From Polyangiaceae bacterium (lineage in GTDB: Bacteria; Myxococcota_A; Polyangia; Polyangiales; Polyangiaceae), in assembly GCA_965222375.1 (NCBI GenBank), contig CBDCTZ010000015.1:448001-512000 (forward strand): a DNA stretch of 64,000 bases. Direction: 5' to 3'. Position 1 is the first letter of the stretch; every line of letters starts with the position of its first letter. Made by a program: the position numbers and the translations under genes. The notes below the pieces were generated by a model. That model saw only the letters and a program-made list of their open reading frames with translations. It searched no databases and was not told where the DNA came from. Of the stretch, positions 1 to 10,441 are shown one piece after another.

Positions 1-741
1 GGAGCAACAGGTGGCTCCGGCGGCACGGGAGGGGCGCCGGTGCTGTCGTGTCCGAAGCTAACGGGCACCAGCGACATGGCTTTGGTCAAGGCCACGGGCG
101 GGCCGTTTTGTATGGACGTCACGGAAGTCAGCAACGCTCAATACGGCGCGTTTCTGGCGTCGAGTCCGTCGCCCAGCTACCCGAGCGGGTGCACTAACAA
201 CAACCTCACGCCCAGTACCGCGGGCGATTGCCCCACCTTTTCACCCAGCGGGCAACCCCTGCTGCCCGTGAGTTGCGTGGACTGGTGCGATGCCCATGCC
301 TACTGCCAGGTCGTCGGCAAACGACTCTGTGGCAAGATCGGGGGGGGCGCCGTGTCGTCGGCCCAACTGACCAATGCGGGCCAAAGCGAGTGGTACCACG
401 CGTGCTCCGACAACGGCGCAAACCTCTTTCCCTACGGCAGCATCTACGGGACGAAGACTTGCAACGGTTTGGACTCGAACGGCACCGGGCGCTCCGACGT
501 CGGCTCGATGTTCTTCTGTGTGAGCAAAGCAGGTCCAATCTTCGACCTGAGCGGCAACTTGCGCGAGTGGGAGAACGGCTGCAACGGCAATAGCTGCCCA
601 GAACGCGGGGGCGCGTATCTGGATAGCGAGAAACAGAGCAATTCGAACAACCTGACCTGCAAGTCCGACAACCTCGTCATGCGTACAGCCACCAGCAAGT
701 TCCGTGGCTTCCGCTGCTGCGCCGATCCCGTCACGCTCTGA
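1..741 (+). CDS. FGE-sulfatase (SUMF1) domain protein, 5'-truncated by window edge
   Basis: Frame open from base 1 (Gly-rich linker). Motifs MDVTEVSNAQY, PVSCVDWCDAHAYC...GKRLC, DLSGNLREW, GFRCC. Confidence 0.85.
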   Translation, partial: GATGGSGGTGGAPVLSCPKLTGTSDMALVKATGGPFCMDVTEVSNAQYGAFLASSPSPSYPSGCTNNNLTPSTAGDCPTFSPSGQPLLPVSCVDWCDAHAYCQVVGKRLCGKIGGGAVSSAQLTNAGQSEWYHACSDNGANLFPYGSIYGTKTCNGLDSNGTGRSDVGSMFFCVSKAGPIFDLSGNLREWENGCNGNSCPERGGAYLDSEKQSNSNNLTCKSDNLVMRTATSKFRGFRCCADPVTL

Positions 742-872
742 CTTCCCACACAGATTCTGAGCACATCTTACGCGACCAACCGAGTCCGCGACGTGTCAGC
801 GCGCGCAGAATGCAGCGAGCTGTGGGCGATCGCGCGGGAGGGTCACTGCAGCGTCCGCTCAGGGCTGGAGGG

Positions 873-1153
873 CAGCTCTGTTGCAGACCAACCCCTCCTC
901 CTGATCTTGTTTTTGGATAGCAACAGAGCTGTGCTTTCATCTCGCAGCCCCGTCGCGAGAGCTCTCGCATGTGAGAGCGCGCGGTGCGCCATTGCGGGGG
1001 TGGATCCCTCAGCTGGATTCAGTGTTGCGCTGGCAACTCTGAATCCGAGTCGTTGGGCGGGTCACGCAGCATCGCGCCGACTGCGCCGCGCACCCCCGCA
1101 CTGGCGAGGCAGCATCGCACCGACTGCGCCGCGCTCCCCCGCACTGGCGAGGC
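873..1153. repeat. Dispersed structured intergenic repeat, family A copy 1
   Basis: Shares blocks CAACAGAGCTG, CTCGCAGCC, AGCTCTCGC, CAGTGTTGCGCTG.CAACTCTGAAT and ATCGCACCGACTGCGCCGCGC with 51010-51233. Perfect 12-bp IR at 873-884/920-931; 43-nt tandem duplication at 1066-1153. Confidence 0.8.
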
Positions 1154-1204
1154 GAAATCGCCACAGACGTGCAGCGAGGGGTAGCATCCGATACACTCGG
1201 ATCA

Positions 1205-2449
1205 GTGGCGCGACTCCGCTGGCTCTTGCTTTTGTTTGGTGTATTTTCTTGCGGCGGCCCCAACCTCGGGTCGACCGGTGCACTGTCACCACAGGTCCCC
1301 GAAACCGAGGGCAAGAAGTGCAAGATTGCTTCCAACGTGCTCAACCCCTTGGTCACGGAGTGGCCCGCGTCCGAAAAAGCGCGCCTGGAGGCCCTGACAG
1401 CCCGAGGCGTGGTCGCTGTCGAATATGGCGGCTGCGAGATGCGCATCGTCGATCGCTGCCAACCCCAGGGCGGCTATTCGTGGAAGCGCACCACGCTCGC
1501 CACCGACACCATCGAAATTGGGGACGCCGACGAGCTGTACGCAAAGCTCCCGCTCGGTGCGGTCAGCCTCGAAGGCCAGCTGGCGCGTTCCGGTCGACTG
1601 GCGGTGAGAACCACCGTGGCCGGGCAGCTCGAGGCCGGCCAGCTACCCGCTGCGGCGCCTACGTCGGCGGAATGTGCCACCGTCACTCACTTCATCAAGG
1701 CGATCAGCGTCGGCAGCTTCCGACTCGTTTCCGGAGGCAAGCTGCAAGCTGGAGCCGACGCCACTTTTGTGGGCGGCAAAGTGAAACGGGAGGAGTCGCT
1801 GCTGCGCGAGGCGGGCAACCCCGAGAGCTGCGAGGCTTCCACCGAAGAAGCGCCAGACGGTCAATGCGCCTCACCGATTCAGGTCTTCCTGGCGCCTGCC
1901 AAAGCGGCAGCAGGCACGCCGGGGGCCCTGGCCCTTTCCAACGAACGCAGCGCGCTGCCTCCGGACAGCGTGAATGTCACGTTTCCCGAGCGCAAGGGTG
2001 AGCATTGGTCGGTGTTCGACGTGCGCGACAACCGACTCTGCACGACGCCATGCGCCCGCTGGGTTCCACCTGCCAGCGGTGTGTACCTGTTGCGCCACAA
2101 GGACAAAGCCCGCGTCGAGGTGCCGGCGCGCCTGGACGACCCCCCGGGCAGCTACGTGAGTGCCGAATACAAGCCCGACCGGGGTGCGCCGCTATGGGCC
2201 ACGATCACGTTTTACGGACTGGGAGTTCCTGCGGCCATTGGCGGCACGGTCACCGGAGTCTTGGCCATCACGGACGATGAGAATCGAGGCTTCTTCATCG
2301 GCGCGAGCGTGCTGTACCTCAGCATCTCGCTGGCCACCGCTGGTTGGTACTTCCTGGGCTCCGATTGGGAGCATTTCGAGACCGCTCCCGTGTCTGGCGC
2401 TGGGCCGGGAGCTCACCACCGCGACCCCACCTTTGGCGGCCGCTTCTAG
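1205..2449 (+). CDS. Hypothetical lipoprotein with C-terminal transmembrane segments
   Basis: Hydrophobic leader ending FSC; long ORF with Cys pairs; two C-terminal hydrophobic stretches. Start uncertain (1169 or 1205). Confidence 0.7.
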   Translation: MARLRWLLLLFGVFSCGGPNLGSTGALSPQVPETEGKKCKIASNVLNPLVTEWPASEKARLEALTARGVVAVEYGGCEMRIVDRCQPQGGYSWKRTTLATDTIEIGDADELYAKLPLGAVSLEGQLARSGRLAVRTTVAGQLEAGQLPAAAPTSAECATVTHFIKAISVGSFRLVSGGKLQAGADATFVGGKVKREESLLREAGNPESCEASTEEAPDGQCASPIQVFLAPAKAAAGTPGALALSNERSALPPDSVNVTFPERKGEHWSVFDVRDNRLCTTPCARWVPPASGVYLLRHKDKARVEVPARLDDPPGSYVSAEYKPDRGAPLWATITFYGLGVPAAIGGTVTGVLAITDDENRGFFIGASVLYLSISLATAGWYFLGSDWEHFETAPVSGAGPGAHHRDPTFGGRF

Positions 2450-2459
2450 CCCCGCGACC

Positions 2460-3833
2460 TCAAGTGTTGCGAGCAGCCGCGGCCAGGGCCGAAAGCGCAG
2501 CCCGAGCCTTGTTCCAAGTCTCTTTGGCTTCCAAAGCTGGCACGCTGTCCGCGACCAAGCCCGCGCCCGCGGATACTTCGAAGCGGCCAGCATGAAGGAC
2601 GGCAGTGCGGATCGCGATCGCAAAATCCATGTCGCCGTCCCGAGTCACATAGCCCACGGCACCGCCGTAGACGCCCCGGGGCTGCCCCTCGAGCTCGGAG
2701 ATGATCTGCATCGCACGCACCTTCGGCGCTCCGGTCAGCGTTCCCGCAGGAAAGGTCGCGCGCAGGACGTCCCAAGGCGAAAGGCGCTCTTTGAGCAGAC
2801 CCGTCACCTCGCTGACGATGTGCATCACGTGACTGAAACGCTCGACCACCATGCGTTTCGGCAGCTCGACGGATCCCGTTTTCGCAATTCGCCCCACGTC
2901 GTTGCGCGCCAGATCCATGAGCATCACATGCTCGGCGCATTCCTTGGGATCCGCTAGCATCTCCTTGGCAAGGGCCTCGTCCTCCTCCGGGCTTTGGCCT
3001 CGATGCCGGGTGCCCGCAATCGGCCTCAGAGTCACGCGGCCCTCCTCCAAGCGCACCAAGGTCTCCGGGCTGGCGCCGGCCACGGCTAGGGGCCCGAGGT
3101 CATCGCGCGCAGGCAGCTCCAGCAGATACATATAGGGCGCGGGAGAAAGTACTCGTAGCGCCCGATACACATCGAAGGGGCTCACGCCGCCCGCGGGCAC
3201 TGAGAACTTCCGCGCTCCCACGACTTGAAACGCGTCACCGGCCAGGATGTGCTCCTTGGCTCGCCGCACCATCTTTTCGTAGTCCGCGTCCGAGCAGCTG
3301 ATCGCGACATCTGGCGGCAGCGCGCTCGGATCCGGCGGTGGCAGCGGGGCGAGGGCTCGCGCCGAGGTCAGATGCGCCTCGGCCCGGTCCAGCTCCGCCG
3401 GATCTGCTGACGCCAGGGTGGCGGTGTGGGTCAGGTTGTCGAAAACGATCACCGCCGCGTCGGACAGGAATCGCGCGATGGGTGCGCCCTGAGTCTGCGG
3501 AAACGCCGGAACCTTGGTGGCATAGCTGACCGCATCGTAGACGACGGTGCCAACGTGGGCCTGAGCGAAGCGGCTCGCCACGCTGGCACAACGCGGTTCC
3601 TTCGACGCGAGGGCCTCGGCGAGCCGAGTGAATGGGTCGAGGCCCGCCTGGCCAGGCACCGTCGTCTCCTCGCGAGGTCGATAGCCCAAGATAGAGTAAC
3701 GACCCCAACGCTCTCCAGGTACGACACTCTCGAGCAAGAAAGAGCCGAGCCCGGCGTCTCTTCGGAGAGCCGCATACGCGCCCACTGGAGTGACGCCATC
3801 GACGACGAGGGTCTTTTCTAGGATCCCAGCCAC
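2460..3833 (-). CDS. trpE: Anthranilate synthase component I (chorismate-binding MST enzyme)
   Basis: FLLESV...GRYS, AGDAFQVV, SPAPYMY, RPIAGTR, EHVMLMDLARND, FPAGTLTGAPK, AGAGLVADS. PabB not fully excluded. Confidence 0.8.
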   Translation of the reverse strand: MAGILEKTLVVDGVTPVGAYAALRRDAGLGSFLLESVVPGERWGRYSILGYRPREETTVPGQAGLDPFTRLAEALASKEPRCASVASRFAQAHVGTVVYDAVSYATKVPAFPQTQGAPIARFLSDAAVIVFDNLTHTATLASADPAELDRAEAHLTSARALAPLPPPDPSALPPDVAISCSDADYEKMVRRAKEHILAGDAFQVVGARKFSVPAGGVSPFDVYRALRVLSPAPYMYLLELPARDDLGPLAVAGASPETLVRLEEGRVTLRPIAGTRHRGQSPEEDEALAKEMLADPKECAEHVMLMDLARNDVGRIAKTGSVELPKRMVVERFSHVMHIVSEVTGLLKERLSPWDVLRATFPAGTLTGAPKVRAMQIISELEGQPRGVYGGAVGYVTRDGDMDFAIAIRTAVLHAGRFEVSAGAGLVADSVPALEAKETWNKARAALSALAAAARNT

Positions 3834-3916
3834 GCGTTGATTCTGTTTAGCACGCGCGGCTGCAACGCTCTGGCGAAACGTTGGCAGCCCACTGCGCCAA
3901 CGCTAGGATTAGCGGT

Positions 3917-4414
3917 ATGCGGAGGCAGTTGTGCATTGCGATCGCCCTCGCCTGCGCCGTTTCAGGCTGCCGCCGCGTGAGCGAGCGCACCTTGATGGAC
4001 ACGGAGGGACGCACCTTTACCGCCAAATGCGATCGCCAGGGCAAGTGTGATTTTGAACGCAAAAAGGCGGATAGCGTCACAGCTGACAAGTCCGGCGTCG
4101 TGTTGCACGCGCCAGGGCGCTTCGTGTCCATTTGCGACGCTACCGGCGCCGCGCCCGCGGAGATCACGGATTGCCGAATCCTGGTCTGCGGCAAGGACGA
4201 CGAGTGCCCACCCAAGCATGGGTTGCCCCACGGCACCTGCGTCAACGGCCTGTGTACGGAGCCAGCCAACGCAGTGGGGCAAGACGACGTCATTCTACTG
4301 TGTATGTCGGGAACTGGGTTGGGGCGTTCGAGCCCGACCCAAGCAGATCGCTTTGCCCTCGCCAAGAACTGCGGAACGCCCTGCGTCGTCCCAACGCCCT
4401 GCAGAAAGCCGTAG
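3917..4414 (+). CDS. Cys-rich hypothetical lipoprotein
   Basis: Signal MRRQLCIAIALACAVSGC; multiple Cys. Confidence 0.7.
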   Translation: MRRQLCIAIALACAVSGCRRVSERTLMDTEGRTFTAKCDRQGKCDFERKKADSVTADKSGVVLHAPGRFVSICDATGAAPAEITDCRILVCGKDDECPPKHGLPHGTCVNGLCTEPANAVGQDDVILLCMSGTGLGRSSPTQADRFALAKNCGTPCVVPTPCRKP

Positions 4415-4464
4415 AAGCGCCCGGCCGCTTGCCAGCGCGGCCCGCCTGCGCAATAGCCACGCCC

Positions 4465-5988
4465 ATGGCGAGTCGAGGCATTCTTCGGCCAAGCGCGGTC
4501 CTGGCCACCTATGTAGAAGGCCTGGTGGAAGGGCGTCGCGTGGTCATCTTCGGTGACTCCACCAGTGGCTTGGCCGAGCTGCTGGTCGATCGCGGCGCGC
4601 GCATCGTGCACGTCTACGATCCGGATCCGACGCGGGTCGCCGAGGCGACAGTCCGAAACACATCCCGCAGCATCTCCCATGCGCCACTGCCACCCTCCGG
4701 CCTTGCCGCCCGCGACGGTGCTTTCGAACTCGGCATCGTGGACGATCTGAACGGTGCGGGCCCGGCCCACTCCATCGTGAACCGCATGCGCCGCGCCCTG
4801 GGTCCCCGGGGCATCGCGCTGGTCGCGATTCCGAACCCCAATGTGCAACGCCAGCTCTTGACGGTTTCCGTGCCGTCGGAAGGCGCCCTCGACTACTACG
4901 AACTCTACGACACCCTGAAGGGCGAGTTTTCCCACGTGCGCATGCTCGGTCAGGCGCCCTTCGTGGGCTACGCGGTGGTCGACTTCGCCTCCGGTAGCCC
5001 TGACCCCAGCCTGGACACCAGTCTCGTTCCGGGTGGCGCCGAGGAGCCCGAGTGGTTCATTGGCGTTGCTAGCGACCTCGCTCTTTCGCTGGACGAGTTT
5101 TCGGTGGTGCAGCTTTCTCTGTCGGAGGCTTGGCCCGCCAGTGCGGGGCAGGCGGTCGCGGACACGCGCTCGGAACGCATCGTCGCGCGGCTGCAAGCCG
5201 AAACCGAGCGTTTGCGCCGACAGCTCGATGTGGAAAAGCAGTCGGATTCGGAAGCCGAAAGCTTGCGCAGAAAGCTCTCGGACCAGGACAAGTGGATTCG
5301 CGAGCTGGAATCCCGCATCAACGTCGCCGACGAGCGCGCCGATGATGCTCAAATGGAGCTGGATGCGCTGCGCAACGCAAAGCCCCTGCCAGCACCCGCC
5401 CAGCCCGAATCGCCCGTCGCTGATCGACGAGTGGGCCAACTGGAGGAAGAGAACGCTCGACTGCAGTCCGAGTTGGACAAGGCGGAAGCGGCATCGCGAG
5501 AGTACGGCACGCAGCTGGATGCCACGAGCACCAAGTTGGATTCAGCCCTCAGCAAGCTAGACGCGACGACTGCGAAACTGCGAGCGGCGGAAGCGGCGCA
5601 GCGAGCCGTGGAATCTGGTGGTAGCGATCACGAACAAGACGTGGCGCGCCTCGAGCACCAGCTCAGCGAGCGGGGCGGTGAGATCCGACGCCTGCAACGC
5701 GATCTCACCACCCTGGAGCGCCTAGGACGGGAACTGCTCAGCGATCTGGAAGAGCGTGGTCAATCCGGGCCGGATGGGGATGCCCTCAAGACTCAGTTGG
5801 ATGCGTTGGCCCACTCCAATGCACAGCGCGAAGCAGACCTGGAAGCCGCGCGCTGGACGATTGCTGCCCTAGAGGGTCAGCTGTCCGGGACAGGAGTCAG
5901 CGCAACCGTTGAACTTCAAGAAGCTCGCGCCGAACTATCTCGGCAGGCTACTCTGATCGCTCAGCTCAAAGCACACGGCTCCGCTTGA
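4465..5988 (+). CDS. SAM-methyltransferase-like N-terminal domain plus long coiled coil
   Basis: VEGRRVVIFGDSTSG...RGARIVHVYD and RRALGPRGIALVAIPN resemble a degenerate class I MTase fold; heptad-rich C-terminal half. Confidence 0.65.
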   Translation: MASRGILRPSAVLATYVEGLVEGRRVVIFGDSTSGLAELLVDRGARIVHVYDPDPTRVAEATVRNTSRSISHAPLPPSGLAARDGAFELGIVDDLNGAGPAHSIVNRMRRALGPRGIALVAIPNPNVQRQLLTVSVPSEGALDYYELYDTLKGEFSHVRMLGQAPFVGYAVVDFASGSPDPSLDTSLVPGGAEEPEWFIGVASDLALSLDEFSVVQLSLSEAWPASAGQAVADTRSERIVARLQAETERLRRQLDVEKQSDSEAESLRRKLSDQDKWIRELESRINVADERADDAQMELDALRNAKPLPAPAQPESPVADRRVGQLEEENARLQSELDKAEAASREYGTQLDATSTKLDSALSKLDATTAKLRAAEAAQRAVESGGSDHEQDVARLEHQLSERGGEIRRLQRDLTTLERLGRELLSDLEERGQSGPDGDALKTQLDALAHSNAQREADLEAARWTIAALEGQLSGTGVSATVELQEARAELSRQATLIAQLKAHGSA

Positions 5989-6062
5989 GCGGTAAAGTTG
6001 ACACCAGTGAACGCGAACTTAAGCTGTCAGATTAGGTTGTCTCTACTCTGCAGCGGCTGCCC

Positions 6063-7169
6063 ATGACGGAAAAACGCGACTATTATGAGGTTTTGGGCGT
6101 GAGCCGAGAGACCTCCGCGGACGACATCCGCAAGGCCTATCGCCAGGCGGCGCTCAAGTATCATCCGGATCGCAACCCCGGGGACGCGGAGGCCGAGGGC
6201 AAGTTCAAGGAGGCAACGGAGGCCTACAGCGTGCTCTCGGACGCAGAGAAGCGCCAAGCCTACGACCGCTTTGGCCACGCGGGTGTCGGCGGCGGCTTCG
6301 ATTTTTCTGGCGCGGGCATGGGAGACATCCTGAGTCAGTTCCAGGACCTGTTCTCGGACTTCTTCGGCAACATGGGAGGCGGTGGTTTCGGATTCGGCGG
6401 CGGGCGGCGACGTTCAGCTCCACCCCGGGGGCAAGACGTGCGGGTGGACGCGACGATCTTGCTCAAGGAGTCCATCGCCGGAACCAAGAAGGAAGTGCGC
6501 GTGCGGGGCGCGGCACCCTGCGACGACTGCTCGGGCTCGGGAGCCAAACCTGGCACAGAACCCGAACGCTGTAGCCAATGCAACGGCTCCGGACAGGCCA
6601 CGACCCAGCGCGGCTTCATCATGTTCGCCACGACCTGTCCCAGCTGCCGTGGGGCCGGCAAGACGGTCAAGGACCCCTGCGTGTCCTGTTCTGGTCTCGG
6701 CCAGGTAGAGCGGGAGCGCAAAGTACTGGTCACGTTCCCCGCGGGCATCGATTCAGACCAGCGCTTGCGCGTCCCCGGTCAGGGCATGCCTGGGCCGAGT
6801 GGAGCGCCCGCGGGCGACTTGTACGTGGATGTCACGCTGCAGGACGACCCCCGATTCCAGCGCGAGGGTTATGATCTCATTACTCGCAAAGAGGTGTCCT
6901 ACCCTGAAGCTGCCTTGGGCGCCGAACTCGACGTCGAGCTGCCCGACGACAGCGTGGTGAGCGTAGATGTGCCCCAAGGCACCCAGCCGAACACGGTACT
7001 TTCCCTACGCGGGCGCGGCGTTCCCAGCCTGGACGGCCGCGGCACGGGAGATCTGCATGTGGTCATCGAAGTTGCCGTGCCCAAGAAGCTCTCCAAGCGC
7101 GCCAAAGACCTGCTCGCAGAGTTGGAGTCGGAGCTCACCGCCAAGCAGAGGCGCAAGAAGACCGGCTGA
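6063..7169 (+). CDS. dnaJ: Molecular chaperone DnaJ
   Basis: J domain with HPD, G/F-rich region, four CxxCxGxG repeats, C-terminal domain. Confidence 0.97.
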   Translation: MTEKRDYYEVLGVSRETSADDIRKAYRQAALKYHPDRNPGDAEAEGKFKEATEAYSVLSDAEKRQAYDRFGHAGVGGGFDFSGAGMGDILSQFQDLFSDFFGNMGGGGFGFGGGRRRSAPPRGQDVRVDATILLKESIAGTKKEVRVRGAAPCDDCSGSGAKPGTEPERCSQCNGSGQATTQRGFIMFATTCPSCRGAGKTVKDPCVSCSGLGQVERERKVLVTFPAGIDSDQRLRVPGQGMPGPSGAPAGDLYVDVTLQDDPRFQREGYDLITRKEVSYPEAALGAELDVELPDDSVVSVDVPQGTQPNTVLSLRGRGVPSLDGRGTGDLHVVIEVAVPKKLSKRAKDLLAELESELTAKQRRKKTG

Positions 7170-7288
7170 CCGCCGGTGAAAGCCGCAGCGTGGGCTTTTT
7201 CAGCGGCGCTTCGAGCGCAAGCCGGCTCGCGTCAAGCGGACGGCAACTAGATGCCACGGGCGCGCGCAGCGCGGTCGAGCTTTCGCCC

Positions 7289-8965
7289 TTACTTCACGGG
7301 GGGTGGCGCGATGAGGGACAGGTTCAGCCCGCCTGGGTACTGGTAGCTGGTGTACTCACCGTAGCCGACCACCTGGATCCCCACTGGTACGTCGCTACGG
7401 AGCACGTGAGCGCCACCTTGACCCGGGCCAAGCTTGGCCCGCGCCACTCCGTAACCTCCCGAAAGCGGCTGGGGCGTCGCAGGCAGCGGCGCGCCATCTA
7501 GTGTCACTTGCGCGCCCATGGGCATCACCACGTCGACGTAGCTGACCTGATAGTCGTCCGGCGCCAAGAACACGTACTTGGTGCGGTACTGCTCCACCGC
7601 GGTCATTTGGCTCTGAGCCGGATCGCCCTTTTGTTGGCCAACGGGGGCGTTGGGATCGACGACGCTGCCGCCGAGCTGGAATGACGCGACCGCAATGGCT
7701 TGGTCGGCCGTCACCTCGAAGTTGCCCTTCACAACCCGCAAGTCGGCGACCTGGCCCGCGTTAATGCTCGTGGGCCAGCCTGGGTCGAAGGAGCCCGCGT
7801 AGGTCAGCGTGGTGCCATCCACATTGCCAATGATGCGCACGACGTGGCCTGGCGTGTCGCCATTGGGGCCCGTGGGCATGGTCACGAAGTAGCGCTTGCC
7901 TAGAGTCTCGGCCGGGAAAACACTTTCCTCCACGTGGTCACAGGCGGGTTGTCCAAAGGGCTGGGTCACGCAGGGCACCCCGGCAATCACCTGCACCGGC
8001 GCCGAGGCTTGAACCAGTGTGCCTCCGAGGTCTGTCGTGCCCGTACCGAAGATTTCGACCACCTCGCCCTTGCCAACGGTAAATTGTGCGGTCTGGTTCG
8101 GACCCGTCGCCTGAATGCCTCCACCAGCGGCAAACGCGCCGTACTGTGACGCCTTCACCGTGACGCTCGTGTTGTCAGCGGTACCAACGATGGCAACGTA
8201 GGGCGCCGTGCTGAAACCACCCTGCGAGAAGCCGTTCAGCGAAGACACGCGGTAGTTGCCGGTCATGGCCGTGCTGGGCAGCAACAGAGAGGCATCGTTG
8301 CTGTACGAGAAACAGCCTACGGCTTGTCCAAACTGCGCGCAGATTTGGTTTCCTTTGCAGCTAGACCAGTTCTTGCCGGGCGGGCCACCCTGTCCTTTGT
8401 ACTGCAGTGCATTGAATTGATAGACCGTGACCGGGACAGAGCTGGTCAAGTTGTAGGCCCCCTGCGGCGCGCGCAGGGAAGTAGTCACGGGCTGGGAGCT
8501 CCCGCACTCGTCAGCTTCCGTTGGCTTCAGCGCTGGTACCCAGGGGAGATAGAACTTCTCCAGAGAGTTCGGTTGCACCACGCCGGCGGCAACCTGGTTG
8601 CCAGCCATGGTGATTGTGATTGCCGCCGGTAGGTCCCCAGCGTTGGCGACAATCACCGCGAAGTCGAAGATGTTCCAAACCGAGTTGGTCACTGGCGTAG
8701 GCCAGAAGTCGCAGCCCACGTAGGTCTTGGAGATAGCCGCCTCTGCACACGTCTTGGGATCCGCACCTGGCGGCGTTCCACCAGTGCCACCGCCGTCGGT
8801 CGCGATGATGGCGCCGCTTCCGCCGTTGGCAGCCGCTGCGCCAAAACCGCCAGCGCCGCCAGCACCCCCGTTGACGCCACTGCCGCCGCTCGTGCTGGAG
8901 CAGGCCAACGGCCCCAAAATCACGCACGAGAGCGCCACCCCCGAAGCCAAGAGCACCTTATTCAT
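7289..8965 (-). CDS. IgGFc-binding-protein N-terminal domain lipoprotein
   Basis: Lipobox LAC, Gly linker, YVGCDFW, YQFNAL, SNDASLLLP, CDHVEE, GDPA...EQYR..Y.F.AP. Confidence 0.8.
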   Translation of the reverse strand: MNKVLLASGVALSCVILGPLACSSTSGGSGVNGGAGGAGGFGAAAANGGSGAIIATDGGGTGGTPPGADPKTCAEAAISKTYVGCDFWPTPVTNSVWNIFDFAVIVANAGDLPAAITITMAGNQVAAGVVQPNSLEKFYLPWVPALKPTEADECGSSQPVTTSLRAPQGAYNLTSSVPVTVYQFNALQYKGQGGPPGKNWSSCKGNQICAQFGQAVGCFSYSNDASLLLPSTAMTGNYRVSSLNGFSQGGFSTAPYVAIVGTADNTSVTVKASQYGAFAAGGGIQATGPNQTAQFTVGKGEVVEIFGTGTTDLGGTLVQASAPVQVIAGVPCVTQPFGQPACDHVEESVFPAETLGKRYFVTMPTGPNGDTPGHVVRIIGNVDGTTLTYAGSFDPGWPTSINAGQVADLRVVKGNFEVTADQAIAVASFQLGGSVVDPNAPVGQQKGDPAQSQMTAVEQYRTKYVFLAPDDYQVSYVDVVMPMGAQVTLDGAPLPATPQPLSGGYGVARAKLGPGQGGAHVLRSDVPVGIQVVGYGEYTSYQYPGGLNLSLIAPPPVK

Positions 8966-9011
8966 GGGCGGACTTTACGACAGACTCCGACACCTGCAAC
9001 CGCTGCCCCGG

Positions 9012-10322
9012 CTAAGTGGGGTACTTTTTGGCCAGCGTCGACAATAAAGCGACTGTTTCGCTCAGGGGGACCGCGCTATCCGAGGCCTGGGCCAAGAAGC
9101 GCCGAATCTCCGGCAGTGCGGAAATGGCGCGATCCACGCTGGGATCGCTGCCCTTGGCGTAGGCGCCCAACGCGATCAGGTCGCGCTTGGCTTCGTAGGC
9201 CGCAGCCAGGGTGCGGATCTGCTGCGCCGCAGCTGCGTGCTCGGGGCTCACCACGGCGTTCATCACTCGGGAGAGGGACACCGTGGCGTCGATGGCCGGG
9301 TAGTCGCCCCGGGCGGCGATATCGCGACTCAGCACCACGTGACCGTCCAGGATGCCTCGCACCTCGTCGGCAATGGGCTCGTCCATGTCGCCGCCCTCCA
9401 CCAGCACCGTGTAGATGGCCGTGATGGCTCCTGCTTGTCCTTGCCCACTCCGCTCGAGCAGGCGCGGCAGCATGGCGAAGACGCTCGGCGGATAACCTCG
9501 GCGTGCCGGTGGTTCACCCGCGGCCAGCCCGACTTCACGCTGTGCCCGGGCCACACGAGTCACGGAGTCCACGAGCAAGAGCACGCTCTTGCCCTGGTCC
9601 CGGAAGTACTCGGCGTGAGCTGTGGCAACTTGCACCGCTCGCAGGCGCTCCAACGGTGGAGCGTCACTGGTGGCAACCACCACGACGCTGCGCTGTCGTC
9701 CGGCTTCGCCCAAGGTGTGCTCCAAGAAGTCGCCCACCTCACGTCCGCGTTCGCCCACCAAAGCCACCACCACGACGTCCGCATCCGTGCCGCGGGCGAT
9801 GGAGCCCAACAATGTGCTCTTGCCGACGCCGGAGCCCGCGAACAGGCCAACTCGCTGACCCACTCCGAGTGTCATGAGCCCGTCGATGGCGCGCACCCCC
9901 GTGGTCAGCGGCTGCGTCACCGGGCGACGACCCAGTGCGGCCGGCGGGGCGCGATCCACGGGCACGGTCACCAGATCTTCGGGCGCGGCCATTCCGTCCA
10001 CGGGACGACCCAACCCATCCAAGACCCGCCCGAGAAGCGATGACCCGGCACCCACCACGAGCCCCGCGCCCGTAGACTCGACGGCATCGTCCGGTCCCAC
10101 GCCCGTCAGCTCGCCCAGGGGGATCGCGACAGCCTCGCCCACGCTGAAGCCGACGATTTCGGCAAACAGCGGTTCGCCGCGACGGCGGATCACCACCACA
10201 TCTCCGACCCGGGCGCTGGGCACGGCCACACGAATGGCTAACCCGGTGACGGCGCGAACCGTCCCAACTGGTCTGAGCGCAGAGGCGTCCGCCAGCCGCG
10301 CGCGCAGGGCGTCGATATCCAC
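9012..10322 (-). CDS. FliI/YscN-family type III export ATPase
   Basis: GQRVGLFAGSGVGKSTLL (Walker A), GERGREV, LLVDSVTR, GEPPARRGYPPS, DEVRGILDGH; GTG start at 10322. Confidence 0.92.
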   Translation of the reverse strand: MDIDALRARLADASALRPVGTVRAVTGLAIRVAVPSARVGDVVVIRRRGEPLFAEIVGFSVGEAVAIPLGELTGVGPDDAVESTGAGLVVGAGSSLLGRVLDGLGRPVDGMAAPEDLVTVPVDRAPPAALGRRPVTQPLTTGVRAIDGLMTLGVGQRVGLFAGSGVGKSTLLGSIARGTDADVVVVALVGERGREVGDFLEHTLGEAGRQRSVVVVATSDAPPLERLRAVQVATAHAEYFRDQGKSVLLLVDSVTRVARAQREVGLAAGEPPARRGYPPSVFAMLPRLLERSGQGQAGAITAIYTVLVEGGDMDEPIADEVRGILDGHVVLSRDIAARGDYPAIDATVSLSRVMNAVVSPEHAAAAQQIRTLAAAYEAKRDLIALGAYAKGSDPSVDRAISALPEIRRFLAQASDSAVPLSETVALLSTLAKKYPT

Positions 10323-10441
10323 TCGCCGGGAGTATAGAACAATGAGCCTGGTGGTTGCCTCGTCGCCCCCAGATCCAGCCGGCGCCGGCCAAAACCACCA
10401 AGAGTTGCCCAAGGGGGCGGTCCAGTGCCAGGCTTGCGAGC

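Noticed and set aside
3847..5439. 530-aa minus-strand ORF and similar long overlapping ORFs (e.g. 35057-36538, 14941-15978)
   Set aside because: High-GC shadow frames opposite better-supported genes.
9012..10322. F1 ATP synthase beta subunit or evidence of a flagellum
   Set aside because: Motifs (FAGSGVGKS, GEPPARRGYPPS) fit the FliI/YscN family, and no atp or flagellar genes are nearby.
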